From Xylographa opegraphella (Eukaryota): a stretch of DNA of 58,315 nt. Under the pieces are notes generated by a model. That model was not told the DNA's origin, did no database searches, and saw only the letters and a program-made list of their open reading frames with translations. The stretch's first letter is position 1. Each line of letters opens with the position of its first letter. The position numbers were made by a program, and so were the translations under genes. The stretch spans positions 496,001 to 554,315 of the forward strand of contig JALDZX010000010.1 in assembly GCA_022813865.1 (NCBI GenBank), given 5' to 3'. Positions 24,985 to 39,030 of this stretch are shown piece after piece.

Positions 24985-26491
24985 ATGTCCGTCCTTTTCT
25001 ACAAGCGGCCTGATTATATAGAGAAGCTGGGAGGGCCGCTGAACTCCTCGAGCTGTCAGAAATATTCGGAACGTGCGGCGTGCTCGCGAGCTGCGATCCC
25101 AGAGAGTCTGTCGTTCGACAATGTGATAAATGGCAAGACGTTGCCGGTATGAGACTCCCGTTCGATTCCGTGGTCTTGACTGATCCTAGTCGATCTACTA
25201 GCCCATGTCTTTGAAAGACTTTATGGATTACCTCGTGTACGTAGCCTACGATGCGGAGAACCTTCAGTTCTACCTTTGGCACGAAGAATATACCAAGAAA
25301 TTCAACGCTCTTCCCGAAGCCGTGAAGTGTCTGTCGCCAAAATGGGAAGCCAGTATGCTATCTCCATCATTCGGCCGTGCAGTGGCTGGCAGAATACCGG
25401 AGAGTGCAGCCATCTCGTCGGACAGCAAAGAGATGGGTACATTCTACAACGACGGTAGTAGCGACTCCCCCACTTCCGCCACCAGCCCCGCTCATTCTCC
25501 ACATCCATTCACCAAAGAACAAGAGTTGGTCGTATCGGGCATGAGCACCAAGGATGAACCCGACTGGGAGGCCTGTAGGTTCCACTCCCTCGTGATCTTC
25601 AATCACTCTCGCGTTTCGCCCACCCCACATGAGAACCTTGCTAATTGTCTGGAAGTCTCGATTCAGCCTTTGCGTGAGGACATACGAAAGATCATGGCGT
25701 ACTACCTCGAACCCGGCTCTGCGCGGGAGCTCAACCTCTCCCACCGCGATCGGCAAAACCTCAAGCAACGGCTCCAGCACACCACCCACCCATCCGCGTT
25801 CACCCCCATCATCGAAATCATCTCGCTGACACTGCGGAACCAGTCCCACCCGAACTTCATCCGTTGGTCGATGTGCAACGGCAACCGACCCAGAGTCATC
25901 GCGCTCCGCGGCATTGCCATCTCCGTGATCCTCATCACCACCGCCGTAGGCGTCATTCTGGCGCTGTCGCACGCGTCCCGGTGGTACCGCATCCTCTGCC
26001 TCCCGACCCTCTGGTTCGGCATCGCCAACATCGTCGCCTCCTACAAGGGCCTCTGCATCCTCCTCTACCGGCGCAAGACGCGCGAAAGCCGGCCCTGGGA
26101 ACTCGACGGCCCGACCGCAACGCTGCTGCTCGAGGAAGGCAGGCTCCCGCCCTCGCTGCCACCCACGCCGCCCTACAGCCGCACCCCCACGCCTTCGCTG
26201 CCGTCCGTCAAGACGTGGGACGCCGACTTCGCCGGCCCGCCGCCCGCCTTCGACGACCACCTGTCCGCCTTCGGCCCGGCGAACGGCCGCTTCCGCGACG
26301 AGCAGTGGTACGCGCGCTGGGCGCACCGGCCCTGGTGGCGCAAACTCCGGCTCAGGAAGCTGAGGGTGCAGGAGGACGGCCTGCGCCTCATGCAGGAGCG
26401 CGTCGTCAAGCAGGCCGACTGGTGGGCCACCATCGTCGCCGTCCCGCTCGTCGTCGTCCTCGTCGCCTTGCCTGCCGGTGGCTTCTTCTGA
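24985..26491 (+). CDS. Fungal RGS-domain protein with C-terminal transmembrane helices, 3 exons
   Basis: IPESLSFDNVINGKTLP|PMSLKDFMDYLVYV..AENLQFYLW, YLEPGSARELNLS, TTHPSAF, HPNFIRW..CNGN, then hydrophobic helices. Introns about 25147-25201 and an in-frame one at about 25575-25655. Confidence 0.85.
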
Positions 26492-27124
26492 AGAGCGGGT
26501 CACGACTTGGGAGATGGGGGGGGGCTTTTCTGCAACTCCAAAAGCAAAAGGGGTTTGGGCGTTTTTTTACGATTTTTTACGATTTTTTACGATTCTTGGC
26601 TTCGGTGGCTTTGGGTGAGGCTGGGCTGTTGGGGAGCGTCTTTGCACATAGGGTTGGGTTGACAGACATATGAGTCTGGGGGGTAAGCGTGCGAGAGATA
26701 GGCTACCGATGGCCGGTAAGCATGTAGCATACACATTCGGACCCCTGCACTCCGCTCGTAGTACGCAGGCTGTCTTAATAGGGAAAATACCATAATCTGA
26801 TCTGTGATAGTTGTTCGTTCAGATCAGCAGCGATATGGTAACTTACTCCTACGATGTTCCTGGCATTTTAAACTGCATGAGGCTTCGCTGGAGAGTCATG
26901 TGGACTATCCAGAACCATATGCATGTGTGTAGTCCATCAGACCCTATTTTCGAGCCCACAGTTAGTCGGTTTAGATGTTGGAGAGGGTAAGGGAACAGTA
27001 AGCTGTGAAAAATAATCCGTTCGAGATCACGCCTTGGCAGTAAAGAAGGGCATAAATTTACCCTGTACTCAATCGTAGCTCCAGACTACCATAAACGATT
27101 AATGGGCCTACTGTAGAGCTATCA

Positions 27125-28830
27125 CTATCTGGGGTGTGGCCGCTTTAGCCGCTTTAGCGGGTGAGCCACTTGTAGCCCAGATTCCATCATGGGCTTCGAG
27201 TCCGCTGCCCAAAGCGCTAGGTACATACGCTGCTGTAAAACACGAACGTTTACCGAAGCATTAGGTAAACCTGTATATAGTTGTGCAGCACTTGAAATTG
27301 CTCTCAGCGATTTGTAGAAAGGATCGCTTTCTGTGGTAGTGACTTGGAAGTGTCGGAGTAAAGAGCTGATCAATCGAGTTGAATCAATCTTTTTATCATG
27401 AGTATATGAGTAAAGCAGGGTCGACTTAGGGCCAAGACCATGGAACAGATCTGTCATGTTCTCTGCTCCATCAATTTGAAACAAGGCTGCGGAGCCTGTG
27501 TTACCGTAAATAAAGCGAAACTTCGTGCTATTATAACCTATTCCGTGCGTTGATCTCTGGTTATACGAAATTCGATAATTCAGAAGCCAGGATATTGAAA
27601 CCTGAGGTACCAAGTCTTCTATCCGTTCATCCTCACGTTTTGAGATAGTCTCGTCTTGCGAGAGGTAAACAAGTTTGCGAGCTTCGTACTCATTTAGTAA
27701 GACAGCACTTTGCTCGTGCGTCAATTGTCTCCGCTGATATAATGGGGCATTTAATGTGTTCTGGAATTGACTTGTGTGTCTTTGAAGCTCGACGTTTGTT
27801 AGTATTGGTCCGCTAGCGTATAGCCAACGATGATGGCGAGCTCGCGGTTCCTGTTGATCAAATTCTCTTTTGAGCCCATTTACATATGGTAGCGCTGTCG
27901 CATACTCATACGTGCCACTGCTCTCATGGTAGTACCGAATGAATGTCGTATGAGGTTTCAGTCTGAGACCTGTAGTCAGGAATCCTGCGACTTTGCGTAG
28001 AGATGAAATTTGATCATCTTCCATTTTCAGAAGCGTCAAGAACCTCCCTCTGTAAGTTAAATCGAATAGAGGTTTCGATGGAATACCCATAAAAGCGCCA
28101 CCATGTTTTCGGCCAAGCAATGCAAGCTTTGAAGCTATTACGCGCTCAGTGCCAGTCGAGGTCTCATATGCTTTTGCAGCTGCTAAGATCAGGTAAAACC
28201 ACGACGGTTGGGTCTTGCTGCCCAAGAGTAGACGAGCTTCACTTGAGTCGTCGTCGGATTGACTTCGCAGCATATCCAGCAAGCTCGAGAGCCATTGAAT
28301 CGCCACGATAGTATCGCGACCCGCATCTCCCCATCCAGATAAAAAGCTCCCGAGAACTGCGTGCATCAACTCGTGCAGTGATATGCGAGATCTTTCACTC
28401 ATATCAGTCGAGCTTCGTGAACCAACAGCTCTACCATAGCTTCGGAGATAGCTAAGTGGTAGCGACCAGTATACGCCATTACATTGCTGTTCTCAAGGCT
28501 CCATGCCAATTGTGAGGACTCCGCCAGCGGCGATCAACGAATCATTTTGTCGGACTTCTGCCCTTGAGGGCTCAACCACCATTATATCAGGGTAAAGGTG
28601 ACAAGCGGAAAGAGCAAGGAGTATTTCGCCTCGCTGTGCCTTTTGAGTTATGCCCTTGACTAATCCCTCTATCTGTATCAGAAAATTCTTCCATGCCTCC
28701 ATAACACTGCTATAGGTATCATTCTTTTTGTTCACGGGCTTTTCAATATTGTCAATAATCAGCATGAGCTGCTTTTGCTGAAAATTCTTGGCAGAATCGG
28801 CGACTCGAAGCCAGCGTAGCTAATATAGCC
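27125..28830 (-). pseudogene. Fragment/relic of a large uncharacterised fungal protein
   Basis: WLRVAD...QLMLII.N...ILLALSACHLYPD...GGVLTIG, then an in-frame TGA (28493-28495), then GVYWSLPLSYLRSYG running in frame into ORF 27125-28402. No convincing start is visible. Confidence 0.55.
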
Positions 28831-29833
28831 ACCATACAGACGACCCGAAAATCTTCCAGACATTTGGCTTAGTCTGCGACACAACTAGATACACCAGACT
28901 TGTTAGCCAATATATCCAACCTAGAGCAGCACGACCAACTTACTTCTTTATGCCTTGGGATTTGAAGCCGTGACCTTATCCAAGTAGACTAATTATATAG
29001 TTATACTAAGTGGTTCCCTCGTCTCCCAGTCTCGTCGCTCTGGTCGTGGTAGCGCCGGCACTCAACCATCTCGTAGGACTAAGCGAGCGAATACATTGGA
29101 GAACGCTCAAGGCTTTAATGCTCCTTCGTCAACAATGCGTCGGCGTCACACACCTGTACATGAGTACTGCAGAAGGAGGAGAAACAGGAGGACGACGAAG
29201 AAGACGAAGAAAAGTAGAAGAGAAAGAAAGCAGAAGAAGAAAATAACTTTATAAATAAAAGGATTGACGACGATGCTGAAGAGATGCACTGGCGCGGTTT
29301 TCGGAAGGCTTCAATCAATAGAAGCTCGATCTCTCTCGTAGTCAACTTCATATATAAACTGCGAACAGATTCTCCAAGAATAAACTCATAGATTGGCTCT
29401 CAGCAAGCAGATACGCAAAAATTAGGCCTCTGCAATTTACGTACAGCTGGCTCAAAACCATCGTTACCCACGAAGAAGCTCGCGCGAAAGCTAATACTGC
29501 CTTCATATATCTTATGAACGGTGAGTTAACGTCGGACCCGCTATCGCGTAGATCTAAACACATAAAAGCTACTCACCCATACACTGGGGGACAGGTGCCT
29601 TGAGACATCTTTTTGCGTGAGACGCTCACCCTTTAGTCGCACGACACTCTCACCCGCGTCGCACGATGGTAGGTCGGCGCTCACACTAACCTGTATGCGG
29701 GGTAGTTTCGTGTCTTGGCATGATCAAGCGTTTTCGGCTAGCTCCAGTGCTAGCTCAACACTTTTTGATGTGCATTCCGCGGATTTTCTGAACGACCGAC
29801 CAGCGCGCTTCAAGCTTACCCGGTGATACGGTC

Positions 29834-32712
29834 ATGTCGAAACCCAGAAACACGCGCCAGAAGCCCACGCACAGGATGGGTAATACCTCTTCACAAGCTA
29901 CAGGCGTCGGGACTGTGGAGCACCAGGAGGCGGCGCTGGAGGGAGTGGCAGAAGAGGTCGACGGGAAGGCATACGGCAAGAGAAAGAAAAGAAGAAGTGT
30001 TGAAAGCACCGCGAATGGGGGGGACGGTCATGCAGAAGCAGACAAGGCGGGCGAAGGGGGGCCTAAGAAGCGGCGGAAGAAGGCGAAAGGAAAGAGTGTA
30101 GAGGTGGTAGAAGAGCACGAAAGAGCAGATGAATCTGGCCTCACGCCGCAGGTGGATGATGATGCTGGACCAGACAAGCAGACCTCTGTGGAATTGGGAG
30201 ACGAACCTATCAACCATGAAGCTGAGAGTGCGTTGGTACTGCTATCGCTGCGGAACGGTGATGCAGCTGCCAGTCGAGACGACGATCGTGCAGCCTCTCA
30301 ACAACTCCTTGCCGAAAGCTCTTCAGCAAAAGTGTCGAAGAAGCGAAAGAAGTCAGCAAAATCTGGGCAAGGTCCTCAAGCATCGAAGGCTGAAGACAAG
30401 AGACGGAAAAGGAAAGCTACTACGGTGGAGCCCACCGTGGACGAGCCCTCGCAATTGGATGACACATTTGTCACAAGTTCACCTCCTCTTCCGACGAAAG
30501 GCAGTACAAATGGCCAATCTAGATACGTGACGCCCCCTACAGTGGAATCACATAATCTGCCACATTCCATGCAGAGTTTGGACGATATTCCGAGCGACGA
30601 CGAAAACATAGCACCATTACTTGATAGCTATGAAAATGGAGAATTGGCCTTGAATTTTGGGTTCGATGTGCTGGGAGATAATCCTGAAATTGAGAGTCCT
30701 TACAGGAAACTGGCTACGGATGGGTGGGAACAAGAGACGGCTGCGGCTGCATTGCGAGTGGATAATGACATGACGAGACGTCTTCGAGCGGTGGATAGGA
30801 CTTCAAAGAAGGGGAGGAAGCGGAACAAGAAGCTTCCCAATCATCTCTTTGGAAGTGACGACGAGGAGACCAACGAGGATGGTGTTACTGCACGACCCGC
30901 TGAGCCGATGCTCGCCTCTACGGTGGAAGGTCGGTGTCCAGTTGCGATTGGCAACGATGATTGGTGGCAATGCTAACCTAGGCTACAGATGAGCAAATAC
31001 CTATCGACCCCAAGCTTTCTGCGCAAGGTTTCTCTGTTTTGCAAGTACAAAACTATCAGCATCCTGAAACAGAAGCGGACGAACCAAAGCATCATGTAAA
31101 GACAGGAAAAGTAAAGCGAGTGTCAAAGATGCAGAACAGAGCCGGAGAGGTCAATGGCACACTAGACAACTTCGTTATCCGAGATCATGATACTCCCCGA
31201 GAACTTCCCGTGCCCGACGACTTCGCCGAAACGATGCAAGCACCGGCCGAGTCGGATCCTAACGGTACCTCTTCTCAAACCACGAAGCGTAAGAAAAGAC
31301 GCATGCCCGACCATCAGCAAGACGCTAGTCGGCCTCTATTCTCAACCAGAGAACCACGTGTCTCGCATATTCCTGCAAATTACAATCCTTCCCTTGTCGA
31401 ACTTGCAGATAATGGTGGCCAATTTACCGATGAAGAATACGGCAAGCTGCTGGAATTCCGCGACAGCTATTGCGCTCAGCATGACTGGTCACATCGTCGA
31501 TTCGCCGATCAAATCCACGCCAACGCGCGTAACAATCCGGGCCTGAGTGCATTCTGGAGCGAGGTACAAGACATCTTGCCCTACCGTAAGCGTCAGCCTC
31601 TGCAGAAATTCTGCCGACGCAAGTTTCATAACTTCGAGAAGCGTGGGGCTTGGACGACGGAAGACGATGAGATGCTGAAACAATCCGTTGCGGTGAAGGG
31701 CAAGAGCTGGAAAGCCGTTGGGGAGATGTGCGATCGCATGGCGGAGGATGTCCGCGATCGGTGGCGGAACTACCACCACAACGCCGAGAACCGCAACACG
31801 GAGGCCTGGACGGACGAAGAAGTCAAGAGCCTAGTCAGGGCCGTCGGCGAGTGCATCTGGCGCATGCAAGAGGACCAACGCCACCGCTTCTGGCTCGAGC
31901 ACGGCTACCCGATGAACCCGCAGGTGGAGCCCAGCGAGGACGAGCTGGAGAAGATGATCGTGTGGCAAGTGGTCAGCGACCGGATGGGCGGCCTCCGCAG
32001 CCGGCTGCAGTGCAGCTACAAGTGGAAAGCGCTAAAGAACGTAGGCCGGACGGACTTCGCGCGCGCGCTGCGCCGGGCGCAGAAGAGCATGGCCAAGCTG
32101 CAGGAGGGCGTCGTCGACGTGCCGGTCGGCCCGCGCAAGGACTGGCGCATCGAGCACGCCCGCCGCAAGGTCGGCGCGCACATGCTGGCCGGCGACCGGC
32201 TCGACTTCCTCGACGCCATGCGCCGCTGCGGCGCCGCCGACGAGGCGCGCATCCCCTGGCTCACCCTCGGCAAGGACGAGGCGTGGCGGCAGAAGTGGAA
32301 GCTCGTCGACGTGCGCGTCGCGTGGGACGTCCTCAAGGAAGAGGCCGGCGAGGCGCCCGACCTCGGCCATCGCTTCCCCGCCGTGGTCGCCGCCCTCCTC
32401 GACGCCCTGGTGCGCGACCACGCCGACCGCCTGCACGAGCGCTGGCAGCCCCTGCCCGAGGACGTGCCTCCCGCCGAGGACGCCCTCGAGCCCAGACCGC
32501 CCGGCGCGAAGCGTAAGCCGCGAGCTAAGAAGCCCCGCCGCGCGAGGAAGACCGCGCTCAGCACCTCGAACGACTTCGCCGCCGACACCGAACTCGCTGC
32601 TCCGGTGGCGCATATGCACGCCGCGGAAGAGCAGGCGGAGGAGCCGCTCTTCGAGGACGAGGATGCCCGGCTGGCGAGGCTGCTGCAGCAGGAGAACGCG
32701 GGCATTGCCTAG
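29834..32712 (+). CDS. Myb/SANT DNA-binding protein, Reb1/TTF1/DMTF1-like, 2 exons
   Basis: Long K/E-rich disordered N-terminus; FW.EV..ILPYR, RRKFHNFEKRGAWTTEDDEML, W..VGEMCDRM.EDVRDRWRNY, W..VSDRMGG.RSRLQCSYKW. Intron about 30931-30989. Confidence 0.85.
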
Positions 32713-33212
32713 GGTGGGGGGTGGGGGGGGGGTGTGCTGGGTGGGCTTTGGTACTCCTTCTTGCAGGGCGGTATCGGTGGGTGTTGGACCGAAGGTTTGT
32801 GGATGGTGCGAAGGTGTGGTTCCGGGCTTTGCGCTTTACTGGAGGGGAGGGTTTCAGCGCGACATTCGCTGGCATTCTGGGTGTGCGATAAACGGGAAGG
32901 GGATGCGGGGGACAGCGGGATTGGAGGATCTGGGGCCAGAGTGGGCTGTGGGTTAGGATCTGGCTGCGATTGTACTGTAACCATCGGACATGTCGGCTTG
33001 GTACAGCGTTTCATGTAGAGCACAAGGGTATGTACAACGGTGGTGCACCTCAGAACAGCAGCCGAGCTTAATTGAGAATAATGGTTTGAACTACAGCGTG
33101 AAGATAAGGCAAAGCAACAACAATGCATGATTTTCTATTTCCCCCACTAGGCATAGTACCGTACAAAAGATCTCGCCTCACTACGAGATAGCACTCGACG
33201 AGAGTAAAATAC

Positions 33213-34819
33213 TCAAAAGGTCCGAGGCTCAAGCAGCAGCTCCCCGACGGGGCCCTGCTTGGCGTCAAAGCCAGCCTCTCTCGAGTGGATGCGACGTCCT
33301 CGGAGCCACGTCTCCCTGACCACGCCTCTCAGCATCTTGCCCTGGTACGGTGAGCACTTGTTCCGGAATAGCATCGTGCTCGGCTCGACCTCGAACACGG
33401 CCTCGTCGTCGAAGACGGCCACGTCGCCGTCGTAGCCCACCCGGAGGTCTCCTTTGCGGTGTCCAAGACCGATCTGGCGCGCGGTGTTCCTGCAGCACCA
33501 GCGCACGATGTCTTTGGCGGTGACGCCCCTTTTCTGGCCTTCGGTCCAGAGGATGCTGATTCCCAGCCCTACCGAGCTGACTCCTCCCCAGGCGGCAAAG
33601 AAATCACCTGTCGCCCCGGTGGCGTCGGCAGTAACGGCGCCTGCAATGTAGTCGGGAAGGAGCTTGAGGTCCGGCGTGCATGGCGAATGATCAGACACGA
33701 GGGTCTTGATCACGCTGTCATCTTCGCGGAGTAGTTCGGACCATAGACTGTCTTGGTTTGCCTGCTTCCGAATAGGCGGGCAGCATTTGTGTCTGGTATC
33801 ACCGTTTTTTATCGTCTCGGCTGCAAGCGAGAGGTAGTGGAAGCATGTTTCTGCAGTTATCTTGATGCCTGCGGCTCTGGCGTCCCGTAGTAAAGGAATT
33901 GCTTCAAGCGCGGATAGATGAACAATGTGTAGTGGTAGTCGTGGAGCCAGATGAGCAAGCGAGAGAATTTCGGCAATAGCATAGGTCTCAAATGCTGGCG
34001 GCCGTGATGCTAAGAATGTGTTATATTCGTTCAAGGCACCAGTAGGGGCAAGCGGAGGCGAGGAATGCTGAACATCGTCACCGACGGAATCCGATATGGG
34101 CGGGATCATCTCTGCATGGAACATAAGAGTTGTCGGTTCATCGGCCAGCTCTCCCATGGCCTTGGCAATATCGTTCGAGGACACGGCTGGAAATTCTTCC
34201 ACCTTGTGAACAGAGGTCAGTAATGATTCCGCAGTCGCGCTAACAGTATACATACTCCGCTGTCGATCAAGAAGCCCTTGAACCCTCTGACACCACATTT
34301 GACCAATGGTTTCAGCTCCTTATCATTCCCGGGCACTATCCCGCCATAAAATCCGACATCAACCCAACATTGTCCCTGTGCAGCTCTGATTTTCTCCTCG
34401 AAACCGGCCACTGTTGTGGTGGGGGGAATAGCATTCAGGGGCATGTCGACCACCGTTGTAACTCCTCCGAATGCTGCAGCTCGGGTTCCAGTCCAGAAAC
34501 CCTCCCATTCTGTCCTCCCAGGTTCATTGAGGTGAACATGTGCATCAACGAGTCCGGGTAGCAGTATATGAGGAGAGTGGTCGACGTATACCGTCCCAGG
34601 AGGAAAATCGGATGCAGGTATAATAGAGTGGTGTACGGAGGTTATTTTGCCGGAAGAAAGGGAGATGACTATGGTCGCAGGTGTCAAACGATCGTTGAGG
34701 ATTGCCCTTGACGATGCAAGCACAGTGATTGAGGGTTCATTGGTGATGGAGGAGATGCTGGTTCTCGAGGATGTTCGTGAGACGGTACCGGACTCGTCAC
34801 TAGAGTGGTTAGTTGACAT
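33213..34819 (-). CDS. DAL1: Allantoinase (amidohydrolase superfamily), 2 exons
   Basis: PGLVDAHVHLNEPGRTEWEGF, GGVTTVVDMPLN, GFKGFLIDSGV|EEFP, FHAE, HIVHLS, ETCFHYL, KCCPPIR, SDHSPC, AWGG.SS. Confidence 0.95.
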
Positions 34820-35096
34820 AACTGAGCGCTGTGTATAATAAGCTTCTATCATCTGTTAGATCAATCCGTTGACAAGATTTATTTCTATAATAGCGTCGTG
34901 CTTCATACAACTCCGGGAAACGGGCAGAGCGACATGGGACATAAGCTGTTAAGAAGACTTGAATGACTTTAAACCTGAGTGCCACATCAGGGTCACAGAG
35001 GGAATGAAAGGAAGGAAATACAAACAAGGATCACTACCCCATAGTCTGCTGGTAGTGCTCTGTGGGGTACATGGGGTACATGAAGAGAAATCCGGT

Positions 35097-35369
35097 CTTA
35101 TCGGCGGCGTCAGTCCCTAGCGGTCTTACACCGGGGCAGTGAAAGTCGATGGAGGGGACCGCCGGGACGGCAAGATCATGACATAGCGTGGCCTTGCGTT
35201 CATTCATTACTCGATCAAGCCCGTCGTGGCTTATCTGCGCACGGGGAAGTTGGTTATCAGCCATCTTTCTCTTTGTGCGGGTCCGGACAAAGGTTGGCCT
35301 GCCTGGACCCTAACCACACACTTGACGTTGAACGACGGAACAGCCCTAGCGGCGCCAAGCTCCGATAAG
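35097..35369. promoter_or_regulatory. Cluster of GATA sites upstream of allantoinase (candidate AreA/NIT2 nitrogen regulation)
   Basis: CTTATC 35097 and 35230, GTTATC 35253, GATAAG 35364, all within about 550 bp of the ATG. Purine catabolic genes are established GATA-factor targets. Confidence 0.45.
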
Positions 35370-36206
35370 GAGCCGGAAGCTTACAAACCTTGCAAACTGG
35401 CACGGAATAGACGGAGCATGAGCAACAAGGACGGAGGAACGATTGAACAAGCCAGCAGAATGAGCTATAAGATGTTCACAACTCGCACGAGACCGTGCAC
35501 CTTGAGTCCAGGGACTGAACAACGAAGATACTCAATCACCGGAGTAAAAGCCGGTGACTTAACAATACATCGTGTATATGATGGTCAGTTGTACCCCTGA
35601 AAAACTAGAAGCGTCATAGTGTAGGCTACTGGCACTTTGAGTATTTCATTACTCGATAATAATCATTGGACCATCGAATTACTCGACCATTACTCGATAC
35701 AAACCCATCCGCAGCTGACCATGACACGCCGGCCGCAAATGTCCGGTCCTTGAATCCGTATACCCGGGTTTCACAGGCCGTCTGACCGCGTGCGTCACAT
35801 CGCTCCTATCTCTTCTTCTGTAAGCCTTGGGCAATTCCAAAGACAGAGCCTCCGATCCGTCGTAACTTGATCAAATCCTTCCTCCCTGTGTTGAGTATGT
35901 CGTATGCATGCAACTCCAATCCTGTAATCGAAGGATAGAGCAGTACGGAAGACTCTATGTGCCTCCAGGACTGACTGTTTCTTTTTCCACTCCTTGGAAT
36001 TTCTGATAGCCGGAATTGGTGGACTGTCATGGTCTTCGGGCTCTCACTCTTCACATGTCCTCAATACTCTGCAATGTCAGAGCCCGGTCAAGAGCTTTGC
36101 AATCTTCCATGATTTGACGCGAGTTATTCAAGCCATATGATATATGCTTGCACATCACAGCATTTAACCGGCACTATGCTTGGGTCCTGCGAAACAAGCG
36201 ACTGAT

Positions 36207-37102
36207 TCAGCGTTTCGCGACAACCTTTCTCTGTCTCAAATGTCCGTTACTCTGCTTGTCCGATGGAGCAGATTCCAGAGTATTCGGCTCAGTTTTGAAA
36301 TCTTGGCCTCCAATTACCCAAGTCTTCATAATTTCCTTGACCTCAACCACCTTCTTGCTTTTTTCCTTTGCTTCTTTGAGCCTCCGTATGTACCCTGCGT
36401 ATACTACGATCTCCGCGATTCCTACCATCCCGCTTCCTCCCATACTGAGGGCTAATCGCTTCGGCGTACTCCAGTGGCTTGCAACCATCCAGATTGCTGC
36501 ACTACAGGCAATGATGGATATCAGAATGTTGATTATCAGAGTCATCTGTCTGTTGATATCCGCGTAGGTCATCTCCTCATCTTCAGCAGATGAAGTTTGG
36601 ACGCCGCCTGCAAACAGCTTTGTGCTGGGAGCGTGTGGGAACCGTTGTGAGAATGTCTCCACTTGTGGCGGTGGATTGATCATTCGTTCATATTGCCTGG
36701 CTTCTTCCTCTTTTCGTAGTCGGGACATCAAAGCTTTGTATTCAGACGTCTAGGAAAACTATTTGTTAACTTCACGATGCAGTAGAGACTGTAACGACTT
36801 ACGGGTTCCAGCTTGGGCTTCGGAGGCTCAACATAAATCATTGAGCCCCTTAACAGCTGATCCAGATGATATTCTGTTGAATCGTTCACAGATTTGTTAT
36901 AATCTTCTTTTCCCTTCCCTGCTTCAGTATTCGTCAACCATTTCGAGATTGCAATGACCTGAGTATGGGAAATGGGCTTGCCGACAGCAGGGTCCTCGAG
37001 CGAAGGAGAATCGTCATTTTCATGCGCATCTAGTTTGGCCTCGAGTCTGTCGCAGTGTTTAATAGCAGCCACCAACGCAGCTGTCATGGTAAGAAGCACC
37101 AT
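36207..37102 (-). CDS. VMA12: V-ATPase assembly factor Vma12/Vph2 (TMEM199 family), 2 exons
   Basis: MVLLTMT..., L..LLRGS.IY.EPPKPK.EP|TSEYKALMSRLR.EEE.R.YERM, RQ.TLIINILISI, two TM helices, AE.VVY.GY. Confidence 0.88.
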
Positions 37103-37395
37103 CTTCGTTGGGTTACTCAACGTGCCATATGGAGCTCCACGGGTGAATTTGTTTCGGAGTCCGCTCCGCAGACCAACGCCAAGACTCGGCTAGTGATCCT
37201 TGCAGTCATGAACCCGACAAATTTTCGAGCCGGAATGATGATTACTGTACGGCCCTCTATTTACCAATGGATGAAGCGGACTCATCGGGACCGCAGCAGC
37301 GGTATTTTGCCCAGGTGGTCTGAAGACCGAAGTCAGGAGGTTTTGCAAAGGGACTGCAACATCGTTTTCTCCATTCATAGTACCGAAAGTCAATA

Positions 37396-38836
37396 ATGAA
37401 AAGTCGCCTGTTCGGTAGCCAGGCACTGATCACCAAATCAAGCTTATACAACCACAAACCAAGCTATATCTGCCCACAATGCTGCCAGCTAAGGTTGAGA
37501 TCGACGTTTCGCGATACCAGGCTCAATGTACGGAATCAATCCCGGTCCTTGCGCCCTCAATCCACTTGGGCCCAAGCCGTATCGGTGGCTCAGACTTTGC
37601 TCAACAATGGCAATAGAGCCGAGGGGATCCTGGCCGGGGTCTCGGTAGACCCCTTACGAGTCGTGGGAAAAGAGATGAAGTTCTTGACCAGGAATATACA
37701 GCAGCTCTTAGGGTCCGGTCATCCGGTGCTGGATACTGTTGCCAAGTACTACACTCACTCGGAAGGGAAACATATACGGCCACTCCTCGTTCTTTTAATG
37801 TCACAAGCTACGTCCACATGCCCAAAGCTACCTCGAGATCAACTAGTATCGACCGCCACTTCCATTGACGACTCCATCACTCCTACGAATATCCTGGGAG
37901 ACGTCAATCCTTCTTCCCCGTTGGTCAATCCCTTATCTGCATCAGCTCTCGACTCTGCATACAGCGCTGAGGAATCGGATATACTACCGTCTCAGCGCAG
38001 ACTTGCAGAGATCACCGAACTCATACACACGGCCTCTCTTTTACACGATGACGTTATTGACGATTCTGACGCCCGGCGAGGCTCGCCATCCGCAAACATT
38101 GCCTTCGGTAATAAGATGGCAGTTTTAGCAGGGGATTTCCTGTTAGGAAGAGCATCGGTTGCTCTTGCAAGGCTTCGAGACGCGGAGGTCATAGAATTAC
38201 TGGCAACCGTCATAGCGAATCTTGTCGAGGGCGAGTTTATGCAGTTGCAAAACACAGCCTTGGACGAGCGAAACCCAATCTGGACGGAAGAAACCATCTC
38301 TTACTACCTCCAGAAAACCTACCTCAAGTCCGCTAGCTTAATAAGCAAGTCATGCCGAGCAGCAGCTCTGCTTGGCCAAAGCTCACCGGCTGTGGTGGAA
38401 GCAGCTTACACATACGGCAAGAACTTAGGGCTCGCGTTCCAGCTTGTTGACGATATGCTCGATTACACTATCAGCGGCCAAGAGCTGGGCAAGCCTGCAG
38501 GAGCTGACCTGGAACTCGGACTGGCCACCGCGCCCTTGCTGTTTGCTTGGAAAGACAACAGCGAGTTCGGCGCTCTAGTCGGGCGTAAGTTCGCTGAGGA
38601 GGGGGATGTCCAAAGGGTAAGATGACTTCTGCTCCTGCTCCCTTACCCTTGCATAGCACTGACTATTGATACAGGCACGCGAGCTAGTAACTCGCAGCAG
38701 CGGCCTGGAGCAAACACGAGCTCTTGCGCAGGAATACGCCGACAAGGCCTCGAATGCACTTAGCAGCTTTCCGGCTTCGGACGCAAAAGACGGTCTGATA
38801 GAGATGTGTACCAAAACAATGAAGAGGAGGAAATAA
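37396..38836 (+). CDS. COQ1: Mitochondrial polyprenyl (hexaprenyl/decaprenyl) diphosphate synthase, 2 exons
   Basis: GKHIRP, ELIHTASLLHDDVID....RRG (first aspartate-rich motif), GLAFQLVDDMLD (second), GKPAGADL.LGLATAP. Intron 38617-38673; stop after MKRRK at 38836. Confidence 0.95.
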
Positions 38837-39030
38837 GGGACGTGTAATGACCGGGATTGTAAATAGCATCGCATAGGCACGGGTCGGCCTATAGACGGGG
38901 CGGAGACTCCGGGATAGACCGCGGCAGAGCGCATTGTATATCTATACTCATTCAAGACCACACCTACTTCAAGCAGCATCCCATTCCCTTGTGCCTAAGA
39001 AGTTTAACAAGAACATCTATCCCCCCCTCC

